DNA of 64,000 bases from an uncultured delta proteobacterium (lineage in GTDB: Bacteria; Myxococcota; Myxococcia; Myxococcales; Anaeromyxobacteraceae). How positions within the stretch are numbered: position 1 is the stretch's first letter; each line of letters starts with the position of its first letter. Shown here one piece after another: positions 20,586 through 28,992 of the stretch. The notes below the pieces were generated by a model, which was not told the DNA's origin, made no database searches, and saw only the letters and a program-made list of their open reading frames with translations. The position numbers and the translations under genes are program-made. Where the stretch lies: contig CAWFDF010000008.1 of assembly GCA_963814585.1 (NCBI GenBank), forward strand, positions 224,001 through 288,000, given 5' to 3'.

Positions 20586-21620
20586 ATGCCTGACCCGACT
20601 GGGGCCGAGGTCGTGGTGGTGGGAGCCGGCGTCTCGGGGCTCACCTGTGCGCGTCGGCTGGTCTCGGCCGGCCGCGAGGTGGTGCTGCTGGACCGGGCCC
20701 GAGGCGTGGGTGGCCGCTGCGCCACCCGCCTCCTGGAGGGGCAGGCCATCGACCACGGCGTCGCCTTCCTCCACGGGCGGCACCCGGGCTTCCTCGCGGA
20801 GCTGCGACAGGTCCCGGCCACGGTCCTGCCTGGCTGGCCCACCGCCGTGAGCGGCCTCGGCCAGCCCTGCCAGCCGGAGGCCTTCACGCCGGGCGAGCAG
20901 CGGCTGGCCTTCGCCGAGGGGGTGGCCGCCTTCCCCCGTCACCTGGCGTCGGGGCTCGACGTCCGGCTGCAGGTGACGGTGTCGGCGCTGGAAGCTGGCC
21001 CGGGCGGCCTGCTGCTGCGCACCGAGGGAGGTGAGCCTCACCGGGCCGGCGAGGTGGTGCTGGCGCTGGCCGCCGAGCAGACCCTGCGGCTGCTCGCCAC
21101 CTGGCCGGCGCCGCCGCCGGAGATCGCCTCCGCCGTGGCGCTGCTCGGCTTCTCGAGGAGCCAGGCCTGCCTGGCCCTGCTGGCCCTCTACGCGGACGAT
21201 GCACCGCGCCCGGCCTGGCAGGTCTGCTACCCGGAGTCCTCCAGGGTGATCCAGCTGATCTCGCACGACTCCACGAAGCGGCCAGCGCCGGCCCGGCTGG
21301 CGCTGCTGCTGCAGGCGCGACCGGCCTGGTCGCGGGCCCACCTCGAGGACCCGGACTGGTCGGCGGCCCTGCTGGAGGAGGCGGCGCGACTGCTGGGGCC
21401 GTGGGCCGGCCGGCCCGCCAGCAGCCACGCCCACCGCTGGAGCTTCGCCCGCTCGGACCGCGCCTCCGAGCTGGCGGGGCCCATGCTCCTGGCTCTGCCG
21501 GGCGGTGCACGGATCGGGATCTGCGGAGATCGCTTCGCGCCGGGCGGCGGGGTCGAGGGGGCCTGGCGGTCGGGCCTCATGCTGGCGGAGCGGCTGCTGG
21601 CCGCGGGAGGAGGACGGTGA
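20586..21620 (+). CDS. Renalase-like NAD(P)/FAD-dependent oxidoreductase
   Basis: VVGAGVSGL, GVGGRCATR, DHGVAF, AHRWSFAR, CGD...VEGAWRSG. Confidence 0.85.
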   Translation: MPDPTGAEVVVVGAGVSGLTCARRLVSAGREVVLLDRARGVGGRCATRLLEGQAIDHGVAFLHGRHPGFLAELRQVPATVLPGWPTAVSGLGQPCQPEAFTPGEQRLAFAEGVAAFPRHLASGLDVRLQVTVSALEAGPGGLLLRTEGGEPHRAGEVVLALAAEQTLRLLATWPAPPPEIASAVALLGFSRSQACLALLALYADDAPRPAWQVCYPESSRVIQLISHDSTKRPAPARLALLLQARPAWSRAHLEDPDWSAALLEEAARLLGPWAGRPASSHAHRWSFARSDRASELAGPMLLALPGGARIGICGDRFAPGGGVEGAWRSGLMLAERLLAAGGGR

Positions 21621-22366
21621 TGGCGGACGATTCGCTGCGCGAGCTGGTGGCGAGGGATCAGGACCACGAGTGCGAGGGGTTCGGACCGGCCAGGGTCTGC
21701 GTCCGGGTGGTGGCGGTGGCCGATCTCCCGACCCGCTTCGGTCCCTTCCGGCTGGTCGGCTTCTGGAACAACCGGGACGGCAAGGAGCACGTCGCCCTGG
21801 TGCTCGGTGAGGTGGTGGGTGGCCAGGAGGTGCCGGTGCGGCTCCACTCCGAGTGCCTGACCGGCGACGTCATGGGCTCGCTCCGCTGTGACTGCCGCGA
21901 CCAGCTCACCGGCGGGCTGGAGGCCATCCAGCGCCTCGGGCGCGGTGTCCTGCTCTACTTGCGGCAGGAAGGGCGCGGCATCGGCCTGATCAACAAGATC
22001 CGGGCCTACGCCCTGCAGGAGCAGGGGCTCGACACCGTGGAGGCCAACCTCGCGCTGGGCTTCCGCGACGACGAGCGTGACTACGCCGTCGCCGCGCACA
22101 TGCTCCTGAGCATGGGGCTCGGCTCGGTGCGGCTGATCACCAACAACCCGGAGAAGATCCGACAGCTGACGCAGCACCGGGTGAAGGTGGCCGGGCGCAT
22201 CCCGCACGTCATCCAGCCTAACCAGTACAACCGGTTCTACCTGGAGACCAAGGCGCGTCGCAGCGGCCACTTCATCGACTTCTCGGGGAAGGCCCGGCAC
22301 GGGGAGCAGAGCGACCCGGTCCGGGTGGAAGGGATGCCCGAGCCGGAGGGCGAGACCGGGAGCTGA
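21620..22366 (+). CDS. ribA: GTP cyclohydrolase II
   Basis: VRLHSECLTGD, SLRCDC, QEGRGIGLINKIRAY, TNNPEK. Confidence 0.95.
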   Translation: MADDSLRELVARDQDHECEGFGPARVCVRVVAVADLPTRFGPFRLVGFWNNRDGKEHVALVLGEVVGGQEVPVRLHSECLTGDVMGSLRCDCRDQLTGGLEAIQRLGRGVLLYLRQEGRGIGLINKIRAYALQEQGLDTVEANLALGFRDDERDYAVAAHMLLSMGLGSVRLITNNPEKIRQLTQHRVKVAGRIPHVIQPNQYNRFYLETKARRSGHFIDFSGKARHGEQSDPVRVEGMPEPEGETGS

Positions 22367-23880
22367 GCTCCTGGATCCTCTCGGGGCGGCACGCCCGTGC
22401 GCCGAGGAGGCTCCCGGGTTGCACGACCCTGGGACGGGGGTGCATGACTCTGGGTCGGGCGAGGGGGTTCACGACCCTGGGACGGGCGCGGAGGCGGGAA
22501 GTGGCAGCGGCCAGCGTCGTCCGGGCCGCCCACGCCGCCCTGGCGGAGCAGCCCCAGGTTGATCTCGGCGCGGAAGTGGCCGGGGTCGGCCTGCAGCGCC
22601 CGCTCGAAGGCCCGCTCGGCCTCACGCGATCGGCAGGCCTCGGCCAGCGCGACGCCGAGGTTGTTCCACGCCCTCGCGCTCCACGGCGACTTGGCCGCGG
22701 CGTCGGCCCAGAAGGAGAGCTCGTCCCGGTAGACGAGGCTCCGGGCCGCGAAGCCCCCGCCCAGCGCGACCAGCAGCGCCACCACCGCGGCCCGGCGGGC
22801 GGCCCCCGCACCGGCCCATGCGGCGAGCGCCCGGGCGGCCAGCCAGGCTGGCCCGACCAGCGCGAGGTAGAGCTGCCGCTCGCTGGCCGGGTCACGCCTC
22901 GGGACCACCCACCCGGTCGGCGCCAGCCAGAGCAGGAACCAGAGGATGGCCAGACCCACCGCAGGCCGGCTCCGGAGCCAGGCCACGCCGGCCACGGCTG
23001 CGGAGACCAGGGCCAGCCCCGACGCTGCCGCGGCGGGCGTGACGGACGCCAGCGCCGGCAGCCCGGGCTCGGCGCTGAGGCTCCAGGGGCGGAGCAGCTG
23101 CCCGCTCAGCCAGGCCACCGCCACCGCCTGGGTGGGCAGGTTGTCCCCCGGCGGGCGCAGCGACAGCCCGGTGCCGGCCAGCCAGCGATAGGTGGGGGAG
23201 GCCAGCACCAGCCCGGCGGCGCCGGCCAGCACCACGCCATGCGGCGCCACGGCGCCGAGCGCGGCCCGCCAGGAGAAGGAGCGGCGGACCTCGCCGGCCT
23301 CCAGGAGCAGCAGCGCCGCCGGCAGCACGGCCACGTACTCCTTGACGCCCAGGGCGGCGGCGAAGAGGGCCACCGAGAGGAGCGGGAGCCGCCAGCCGCC
23401 CCGCTCCCGGCCATCGAGCCAAGCCACGGCGCTCCCCAGCGCCAGGGCCCCGGCCAGCGCCGCCGGCCGGCCGGAGACGTAGGTGACCGCCTCGGTCTGC
23501 ACCGGGTGCAGCGCGAAGAGCAGCGCGCCGATCAGCGCCGCCCCGTGAGCCGGCGCCGCCGGGTCGAGCCGGCGCTCCAGCCGGAGGAGCAGCGCGTGGA
23601 CCAGCAGCGCGGCGGCGGCGTGGGACAGCAGGTTGACGGCGTGGAAGCCGGCCAGGCCGAGGCCGGAGGCGTGGTTGAGCGCGTAGCTCAGCTTGAGCAG
23701 CGGCCGGATGCCCGGCATGGCGCTCCACCATGCCGCCAGCGACTGGACGCGCGGATCCTGCACCACCACCCGCCAGTCGTCGTGGACGAAGCCGCCGGCG
23801 AACGAGGTGGCGCCCGCCGCCGCCACCGCCGCGACCAGGATCCAGCCGGCCCTGGCGCCGGCTCGCCGGGCCTCATCCAT
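22237..23880 (-). CDS. TMTC-like membrane protein (GT-C fold) with C-terminal TPR
   Basis: FVHDD, RPLLKLSYALN, LFALHPVQTEAVTYVSGR, KE, ERQLYL, RAWNNLG TPR; C-terminal extension doubtful. Confidence 0.78.
   Translation of the reverse strand: MDEARRAGARAGWILVAAVAAAGATSFAGGFVHDDWRVVVQDPRVQSLAAWWSAMPGIRPLLKLSYALNHASGLGLAGFHAVNLLSHAAAALLVHALLLRLERRLDPAAPAHGAALIGALLFALHPVQTEAVTYVSGRPAALAGALALGSAVAWLDGRERGGWRLPLLSVALFAAALGVKEYVAVLPAALLLLEAGEVRRSFSWRAALGAVAPHGVVLAGAAGLVLASPTYRWLAGTGLSLRPPGDNLPTQAVAVAWLSGQLLRPWSLSAEPGLPALASVTPAAAASGLALVSAAVAGVAWLRSRPAVGLAILWFLLWLAPTGWVVPRRDPASERQLYLALVGPAWLAARALAAWAGAGAARRAAVVALLVALGGGFAARSLVYRDELSFWADAAAKSPWSARAWNNLGVALAEACRSREAERAFERALQADPGHFRAEINLGLLRQGGVGGPDDAGRCHFPPPRPSQGREPPRPTQSHAPPSQGRATREPPRRTGVPPREDPGAQLPVSPSGSGIPSTRTGSLCSPCRAFPEKSMKWPLRRALVSR
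22422..22486 (+). repeat. Three copies of a 17-bp unit CACGACCCTGGGACGGG
   Basis: Units at 22422, 22443 (degenerate) and 22470; a 15-bp match recurs at 40050-40064. Confidence 0.6.
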
Positions 23881-24667
23881 CGCCGGGCTCGAAGGCGAGC
23901 TCGACCAGCCCGGCGGCGTTCCAGAAGCGGTCCGGGGCACCGAGCAGCACCACCACCACCTCCCGCCCGCTCCGCTCGGCCAGCACCACCAGGCACTTGC
24001 CGGCGCCCGGCGTGTACCCGGTCTTCACGCCCCGCACGCCGTCGACCCGGCCGACCAGGGGATTGTGGCTGGGCAGGTCGAAGACGCGTCCCCCGCGCGT
24101 CGACAGCCGCACCCGGACCGCTCCCACCGTGAGCCTGAACTCGGGCCGCTCCAGGGCGGCCCGGGTGAGCCGGACCAGGTCTCGCGCCGAGGTGTGCTGG
24201 GCCGCTCCATCGTGACCGCAAGGGTTGTCGAAGCGGGTGGCCCCGAGTCCCAGGTCGGCGGCGCGCCGGTTCATCCGCTCCACGAAGGCCGCCTCGGATC
24301 CCGCCGCGTGCTCGGCCAGCGCCAGACAGGCGTCATTGGCCGAGGCGATGAGCATGGCGCGCAGGGCGTCGCGGGCCGCCAGCTGCTCCCCGGCCCGCAG
24401 GCCGAGCCGCGTGCCGCTCTCGCGCGCGGCCCTGGCGCTCACCGTGATGGTCGCGGCGGGATCCCAGCGCTCCTCCAGGAGCAGGAGCGCGGTCATGATC
24501 TTGGTGAGCGAGGCCGGCGGACGGGGCGAGTCGGGCGCCCGGCCCCACCGCTCGCGGCCATCCACCGTCACCAGGTAGGCGGACGCCGCGACGGCCGGAT
24601 AGGGATCCTGCAGCGCCGCCGCCGGCGTCGCCGCGACCAGGGCCAGCGCCAGGAGCAGGGCCGCCAC
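23873..24667 (-). CDS. D-alanyl-D-alanine carboxypeptidase (peptidase S11)
   Basis: Signal peptide; PASLTKIMT (SXXK), SAN, KTGYT. Confidence 0.9.
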   Translation of the reverse strand: MAALLLALALVAATPAAALQDPYPAVAASAYLVTVDGRERWGRAPDSPRPPASLTKIMTALLLLEERWDPAATITVSARAARESGTRLGLRAGEQLAARDALRAMLIASANDACLALAEHAAGSEAAFVERMNRRAADLGLGATRFDNPCGHDGAAQHTSARDLVRLTRAALERPEFRLTVGAVRVRLSTRGGRVFDLPSHNPLVGRVDGVRGVKTGYTPGAGKCLVVLAERSGREVVVVLLGAPDRFWNAAGLVELAFEPGDG

Positions 24668-24673
24668 CGCGAG

Positions 24674-24856
24674 CTAGCGCCCCGACCCAGGCAAGATGCC
24701 TACTGCGAGAGCCGATCCTCTCGCTGCGGCAGGCGGCCTCGTCGGTCCGCTGCTCAACGTAGCGCTGCTACGCTTCCGCTGCTCCCTCCTCGGGCGCCAG
24801 CCTCGCTTCGGTCTCGGCTCTCTCGTCACGTCATCTTGCCTGGGTCGGGGCACTAG
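24674..24856. mobile_element. MITE/REPIN-like element, copy 2 (inverted), bounded by CTAG at both ends
   Basis: CTAGCGCCCCGACCCAGGCAAGATG...CATCTTGCCTGGGTCGGGGCACTAG; the right CTAG supplies the TAG stop of the upstream gene. Confidence 0.82.
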
Positions 24857-25857
24857 AACCCGAAGATGCCTTTCAGGGCCTTCTTGCCCTGGTCCACCGC
24901 GCCCTCCTTCGGCTCCCCCTCCGGCTCCGCCGGCGCACCCTTCTTCTTCTTCGCCTTCGGGTCCTGGACCAGCAGCTCCTTGCCGTAGGCCAGGCAGAAG
25001 TCGCGGATCCCGGGCGCCAGGTTGGAGTCCTCCTTGCCGGCGCACTCCTTCTGCGCCAGGGCCTTGCGCTCCGCCGGGCAGCTCGAGCCCAGGAAGGCCA
25101 GGTCCTTGCGCTGGGCCGCCTCGGAGCAGAAGCGGCCGCGCAGGGCCACCAGATCGACCTGGCAGAGCCCGGCCGCCTTCTCCAGGGTCTCCTCGCCCGC
25201 CTTGCCGGCCTTCTGGAAGCCCTCCACGGTCTGCAGGCGCTTGCAGAACTCGGCCTGATGAGGCGTTCCCTTGCAGGTGACGGCGCCCGTCATGAGGAAC
25301 AGCGCCGGCTCCACGTTGCGGGCCGCCTTCCGGCACTCCTTGTCGATTCCCTTGGCGGTGTCCTGCTTCGACTGCTCCATCAGGGCCATGATCTCGGCCT
25401 GCCGGCTGTCCCCGGGCAGCGGCTGGCCCATCACGCAGGCGCCCCCGACCTTGCGGCCGCTCAGCTTCATGCGCCCGCTGCCGCTCGTGCTGGAGAAGGT
25501 CATGGTCCCACGATAGGCGTCGCCGTCGCGGGTCATGGTCCCCTGCCCGCTCATCTTCTCCGGACCGTCGCAGGCCATCTTCCAGCTGGTGGTCTTCCCG
25601 CTCTGCTTCAGGTCGGTCATCCGGCATTTCGAGTCACCGGGCTGGGTCGGGGGCGGCTCCCGCCACTCGCCCTCGGGGGCGCAGTGGCGGGCGGTCTGTG
25701 GCGGCAGGACCATGCCGGAGGCCTCCATCTCGGTGGTCGACTCCCAGACGACCCCCTTCTTGCCGGCCTGGTCCGCCGGCGCGGCCACGGCGTCCGCGAG
25801 CGCGAAGACGACCAGCAGGGTGGTGCTGGCGAAGGACAGGGCGTGGCGCGTCGTCAT
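24853..25857 (-). CDS. Secreted Cys-rich protein with DUF3617-like N-terminal domain
   Basis: Signal peptide; WESTTEM...C...C...WKMAC...GRKVGGAC; many further Cys; ends LKGIFGF. Confidence 0.65.
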   Translation of the reverse strand: MTTRHALSFASTTLLVVFALADAVAAPADQAGKKGVVWESTTEMEASGMVLPPQTARHCAPEGEWREPPPTQPGDSKCRMTDLKQSGKTTSWKMACDGPEKMSGQGTMTRDGDAYRGTMTFSSTSGSGRMKLSGRKVGGACVMGQPLPGDSRQAEIMALMEQSKQDTAKGIDKECRKAARNVEPALFLMTGAVTCKGTPHQAEFCKRLQTVEGFQKAGKAGEETLEKAAGLCQVDLVALRGRFCSEAAQRKDLAFLGSSCPAERKALAQKECAGKEDSNLAPGIRDFCLAYGKELLVQDPKAKKKKGAPAEPEGEPKEGAVDQGKKALKGIFGF

Positions 25858-25990
25858 GGCGGTTTCTCCGTGCCCCGGGCCTCGCCGCGGCGTCGCGACG
25901 GCCGGCGGCCGACCCGAGGTCTGGAGGACAACCTACTTCAGGGCCACCCCCCCCGTCACGGGGCCGGCGGGGGGTCCCCTGGCCAGGCGC

Positions 25991-27214
25991 TCAGCCCGCC
26001 GCCACCTCGGCGGCCGGGGCCTCGGGCGGCTCCCCGTGATGCGCCACCGGGGCGTGGGCGTCGTCGCCGAAGATGGGCAGCACCTTGTTGAAGAGCCAGA
26101 GCAGCACGAAGGGCATGACCACCAGGGCGATGGCCATGAGGATCCCCTCGCGGCCGAACACCTCCGGGCTGTAGTGGGAGCGCAGGCCCCGGAAGGACTT
26201 GGAGAGGAGCTGGCCGCCGATGACGATGTTCCAGCGCATCGAGAAGACCTGGATGAGCAGGAGGATCGAGGAGGCGATGCAGAGCGTGTTGCGGAGCCGC
26301 TCGTGGAGGTAGCGGTCCATCAGCACCACCACGCCCAGCAGGATGAGCGGGATGAGGCCACCCACCACCATCTGCATGGTGATGAAGGAGAACTCGAGCC
26401 GGGTGGTGAGGAGCTGCGAGATGATGTGCCAGGCCTCCGACTTCTCGTACGCCAGCATGATGATCTCGAGGAGCTCGAGGGTGATGGTGAGGATGAGGAA
26501 GAACCAGAGCCAGCGCGCCAGGGCCGCCACCGTCCGCCCCTCGATGGCCCGGCGGTTCAGCTTGGCCACCACCTGGTAGAGGATGGAGAGCAGCGCGATG
26601 CCGGAGACGGCCGCCGAGAGCAGGAAGATGACCGGCATGAGCGGCGTCGACCACCAGGGGTTGGCCTTGATGCCGCCGAAGATGAAGCCGACGTAGCCGT
26701 GGAGCATGCAGGCGCCGGGCAGGCCGATGGCGGCGAGGAGGGTGGCGGCCCGGTGATCGATGGCCACCGCCTCCGCCGACTGGTCGTAGGTGCCGAGCGC
26801 CAGGGCCGCGTAGAGGGTGCGCTTCCAGCCCCGGCTCTGTCGGGCCGCCTGGATGATCTCCTGGCGCCAGACGAACCAGACCTCGAGCACCAGGATGAGC
26901 AGGTAGCCCGAGTAGAGCATGCCGAAGCCGGCCATGGCCGACGACAGGTTGGGCGTCACCATCACCAGCCAGCTGCGCTCGGGGTGGCCCAGGTGGAGGT
27001 TGAGCGGCAGCGTCGCCACCGCCATGAAGCAGAGGGAGGTGGCCATGGCCAGCCGCGCCACCGGCCGGAACTCCTCCCGGCCGAAGACGTGGAAGAGCGC
27101 CGAGACGATGAAGGCGCCGGCCACGAACCCGGTGATGTACGGGTACATCACGATCATCAGCGACCAGTGGACGTGGATGTCGTTGGGGAAGGCATACCCC
27201 GTGATCTCGGGCAT
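25991..27214 (-). CDS. NrfD/PsrC-family membrane subunit
   Basis: WSLMIVMYPYITG, HLGHPER, SSAMAGFG, HGYVGFIFG, RWNIVIGGQ; ATG at 27214. Confidence 0.9.
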   Translation of the reverse strand: MPEITGYAFPNDIHVHWSLMIVMYPYITGFVAGAFIVSALFHVFGREEFRPVARLAMATSLCFMAVATLPLNLHLGHPERSWLVMVTPNLSSAMAGFGMLYSGYLLILVLEVWFVWRQEIIQAARQSRGWKRTLYAALALGTYDQSAEAVAIDHRAATLLAAIGLPGACMLHGYVGFIFGGIKANPWWSTPLMPVIFLLSAAVSGIALLSILYQVVAKLNRRAIEGRTVAALARWLWFFLILTITLELLEIIMLAYEKSEAWHIISQLLTTRLEFSFITMQMVVGGLIPLILLGVVVLMDRYLHERLRNTLCIASSILLLIQVFSMRWNIVIGGQLLSKSFRGLRSHYSPEVFGREGILMAIALVVMPFVLLWLFNKVLPIFGDDAHAPVAHHGEPPEAPAAEVAAG

Positions 27215-28050
27215 CACCGCACCTCCATGTCGAGGTTGAGGTAGAAGCACTGCGGCTGGGTGAGCAGGTGCCCCTGCATGATCGAGACCCGCTCGCGATC
27301 GATGGTCTGCCGCACCGGATCGTCCTCCCGGAGCATGTCGCCGAAGGCGCGGGTGGCCGTGGGGCAGACCTCCACGCAGGCCGGCTTCAGCCCCTTGGTG
27401 ATGCGGTGGTAGCACCAGGTGCACTTCTCGGCGGTGTGGGTCTCCGGGTGGAGGAAGCGGCTCCCGTACGGGCAGGCCTGCACGCAGTAGCCGCAGCCGA
27501 TGCAGGACTTCCCGTCGACCATCACCACCCCGTCCTTGGTCCGGTAGGAGGCGCCCACCGGGCAGACCTGCACGCAGGGGGTCTCCTTGCAGTGGTTGCA
27601 CATCTTGGGGACGAAGAAGGCCTTGGTGGGCGTGAAGGCGGTCGGCACCGGCGGGAAGCCGTCGAGGCCGCCCTTGGGCGAGTCCACGTACGAGCCTCCG
27701 GGGCCCACGATGTAGCGCTCCACCCAGGTGCGGACGAAGCCGTCCGGCACGTTGTTCTCCTGCTTGCAGGCGCGGACGCAGGAGCCACAGCCGATGCACT
27801 TGGCGGTGTCGATGACGTAGGCCCAGCGGTGCTCCTCCCAGTTGTAGGCGTCGCCACCGGGAGGCGGCGCGTGGTGCGTCTCGCCCGAGGCGGCGGCCTC
27901 GAGGCCGGCCAGGGCGACGGCGGCGCCCCCAGTGAGCTTGAGGGCGGTGCCGAGGAACTCCCGGCGATCGGTGACGGCGGGCGCGGCGCCGGCCGGCTGG
28001 TCGGCCGCCGGGGACGGGGTCGAGGCCCGGGGGCTGGTGGCGTGGTCCAT
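27214..28050 (-). CDS. Tat-exported 4Fe-4S subunit (NrfC/TtrB-like)
   Basis: DRREFL; CIGCGSCVRAC, CNHCKETPCVQVCP, CIGCGYCVQACP, KCTWC..PACVEVCP. Confidence 0.92.
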   Translation of the reverse strand: MDHATSPRASTPSPAADQPAGAAPAVTDRREFLGTALKLTGGAAVALAGLEAAASGETHHAPPPGGDAYNWEEHRWAYVIDTAKCIGCGSCVRACKQENNVPDGFVRTWVERYIVGPGGSYVDSPKGGLDGFPPVPTAFTPTKAFFVPKMCNHCKETPCVQVCPVGASYRTKDGVVMVDGKSCIGCGYCVQACPYGSRFLHPETHTAEKCTWCYHRITKGLKPACVEVCPTATRAFGDMLREDDPVRQTIDRERVSIMQGHLLTQPQCFYLNLDMEVR

Positions 28051-28058
28051 GGCGGCTC

Positions 28059-28523
28059 CTAGGGCTTCGGCGAGTGAGGGTCGTGGCATTCGAGGCAGAC
28101 CGCGCCCTCGAGCTTGGCGGTGACGTGCTGCTCCAGCACCACCTGCGGGAACTTCTCCGGGCGGCCCTGGACGCGGCGGTGGCAGCGGGCGCAGAGCCCG
28201 AAGGCCTTGTCGACGGGCATCGGCCCGGTCTTCTTGCCGTCGGCGACGTGGCGCAGGAGCGGCGCGTGGCAGACCTCGCAGCTGACCGTCCTGTGGCCAC
28301 CGGCGGCCCGTGCCGCGGCCTGCTTCTTGTGGCATGGCGTGCAGCTGGCGGCACCGGCATGGGCCGGCGGCCGGATCTTCATCTGCTCGGCCACGTTGTC
28401 GGCGCGGTACGAGCCGAAGGTGCCGTAGGACCCTGGCACCAGGAACCCCCTGCCGATGAGGATGGCGGCGAGGCCCCCGACGACGACCAGGACCACTCGA
28501 AACACATGCCGTGCGTGCTCCAT
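28059..28523 (-). CDS. Membrane-anchored tetraheme cytochrome c
   Basis: N-terminal TM; CTPCH, CEVCH, CARCH, CLECH. Confidence 0.92.
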   Translation of the reverse strand: MEHARHVFRVVLVVVGGLAAILIGRGFLVPGSYGTFGSYRADNVAEQMKIRPPAHAGAASCTPCHKKQAAARAAGGHRTVSCEVCHAPLLRHVADGKKTGPMPVDKAFGLCARCHRRVQGRPEKFPQVVLEQHVTAKLEGAVCLECHDPHSPKP

Positions 28524-28547
28524 CCGTCTCCTCCAGTGCGGCGTTCT

Positions 28548-28844
28548 TCAGTCGTCGAGGTGCTCTGGGCGAAAGAGCAGGTTGAGCCAGCGGGTGCGGT
28601 GGCGTGGCGGCTCGGGGGCGTCATGGCCGAGCGCCTCCCGGCCGAAGATGGTGGCGAGGACCCCGCGGGTGGACGGCGCCTCCGGCTCGGGATCGAGCGG
28701 GAGGCGCTCGGGCGCGAAGATGGCGCGGAGCAGCTCGTTGCCGGTTCCGGGCCGGGCCGGGGTGGAGAGAGGCGGCGGCAGCTCTTCTCGCCGGAGCGCG
28801 GCGCGGAAGCCCTCGAGGAATGCCCTGACGCGATCGCCAATCAC
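28548..28844 (-). CDS. Small hypothetical protein with internal [IL]F-x-[PR]E-x-L repeats
   Basis: LLRAIFAPERLP / VLATIFGREALG / WLNLLFRPEHLD; directly upstream of the cytochrome gene. Confidence 0.55.
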   Translation of the reverse strand: MIGDRVRAFLEGFRAALRREELPPPLSTPARPGTGNELLRAIFAPERLPLDPEPEAPSTRGVLATIFGREALGHDAPEPPRHRTRWLNLLFRPEHLDD

Positions 28845-28992
28845 CGTGCGTCACGCTGCCACAACCCGAACGCAGGTGAACAGCACAATCGCCCCGACCC
28901 GCGGGAAAACACGCCTGGGCTCATGACACGACGCTCCAACCCGTATCGCGAGACGACGTCTCGATGAGACATCGAATCACCGCCGCGCGATC

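Noticed and set aside
28845..28870. Sigma-54 promoter before the second NrfD operon (TGGCAGCGTGACGC, minus strand)
   Set aside because: GG-to-GC spacing is 9 rather than the required 10.
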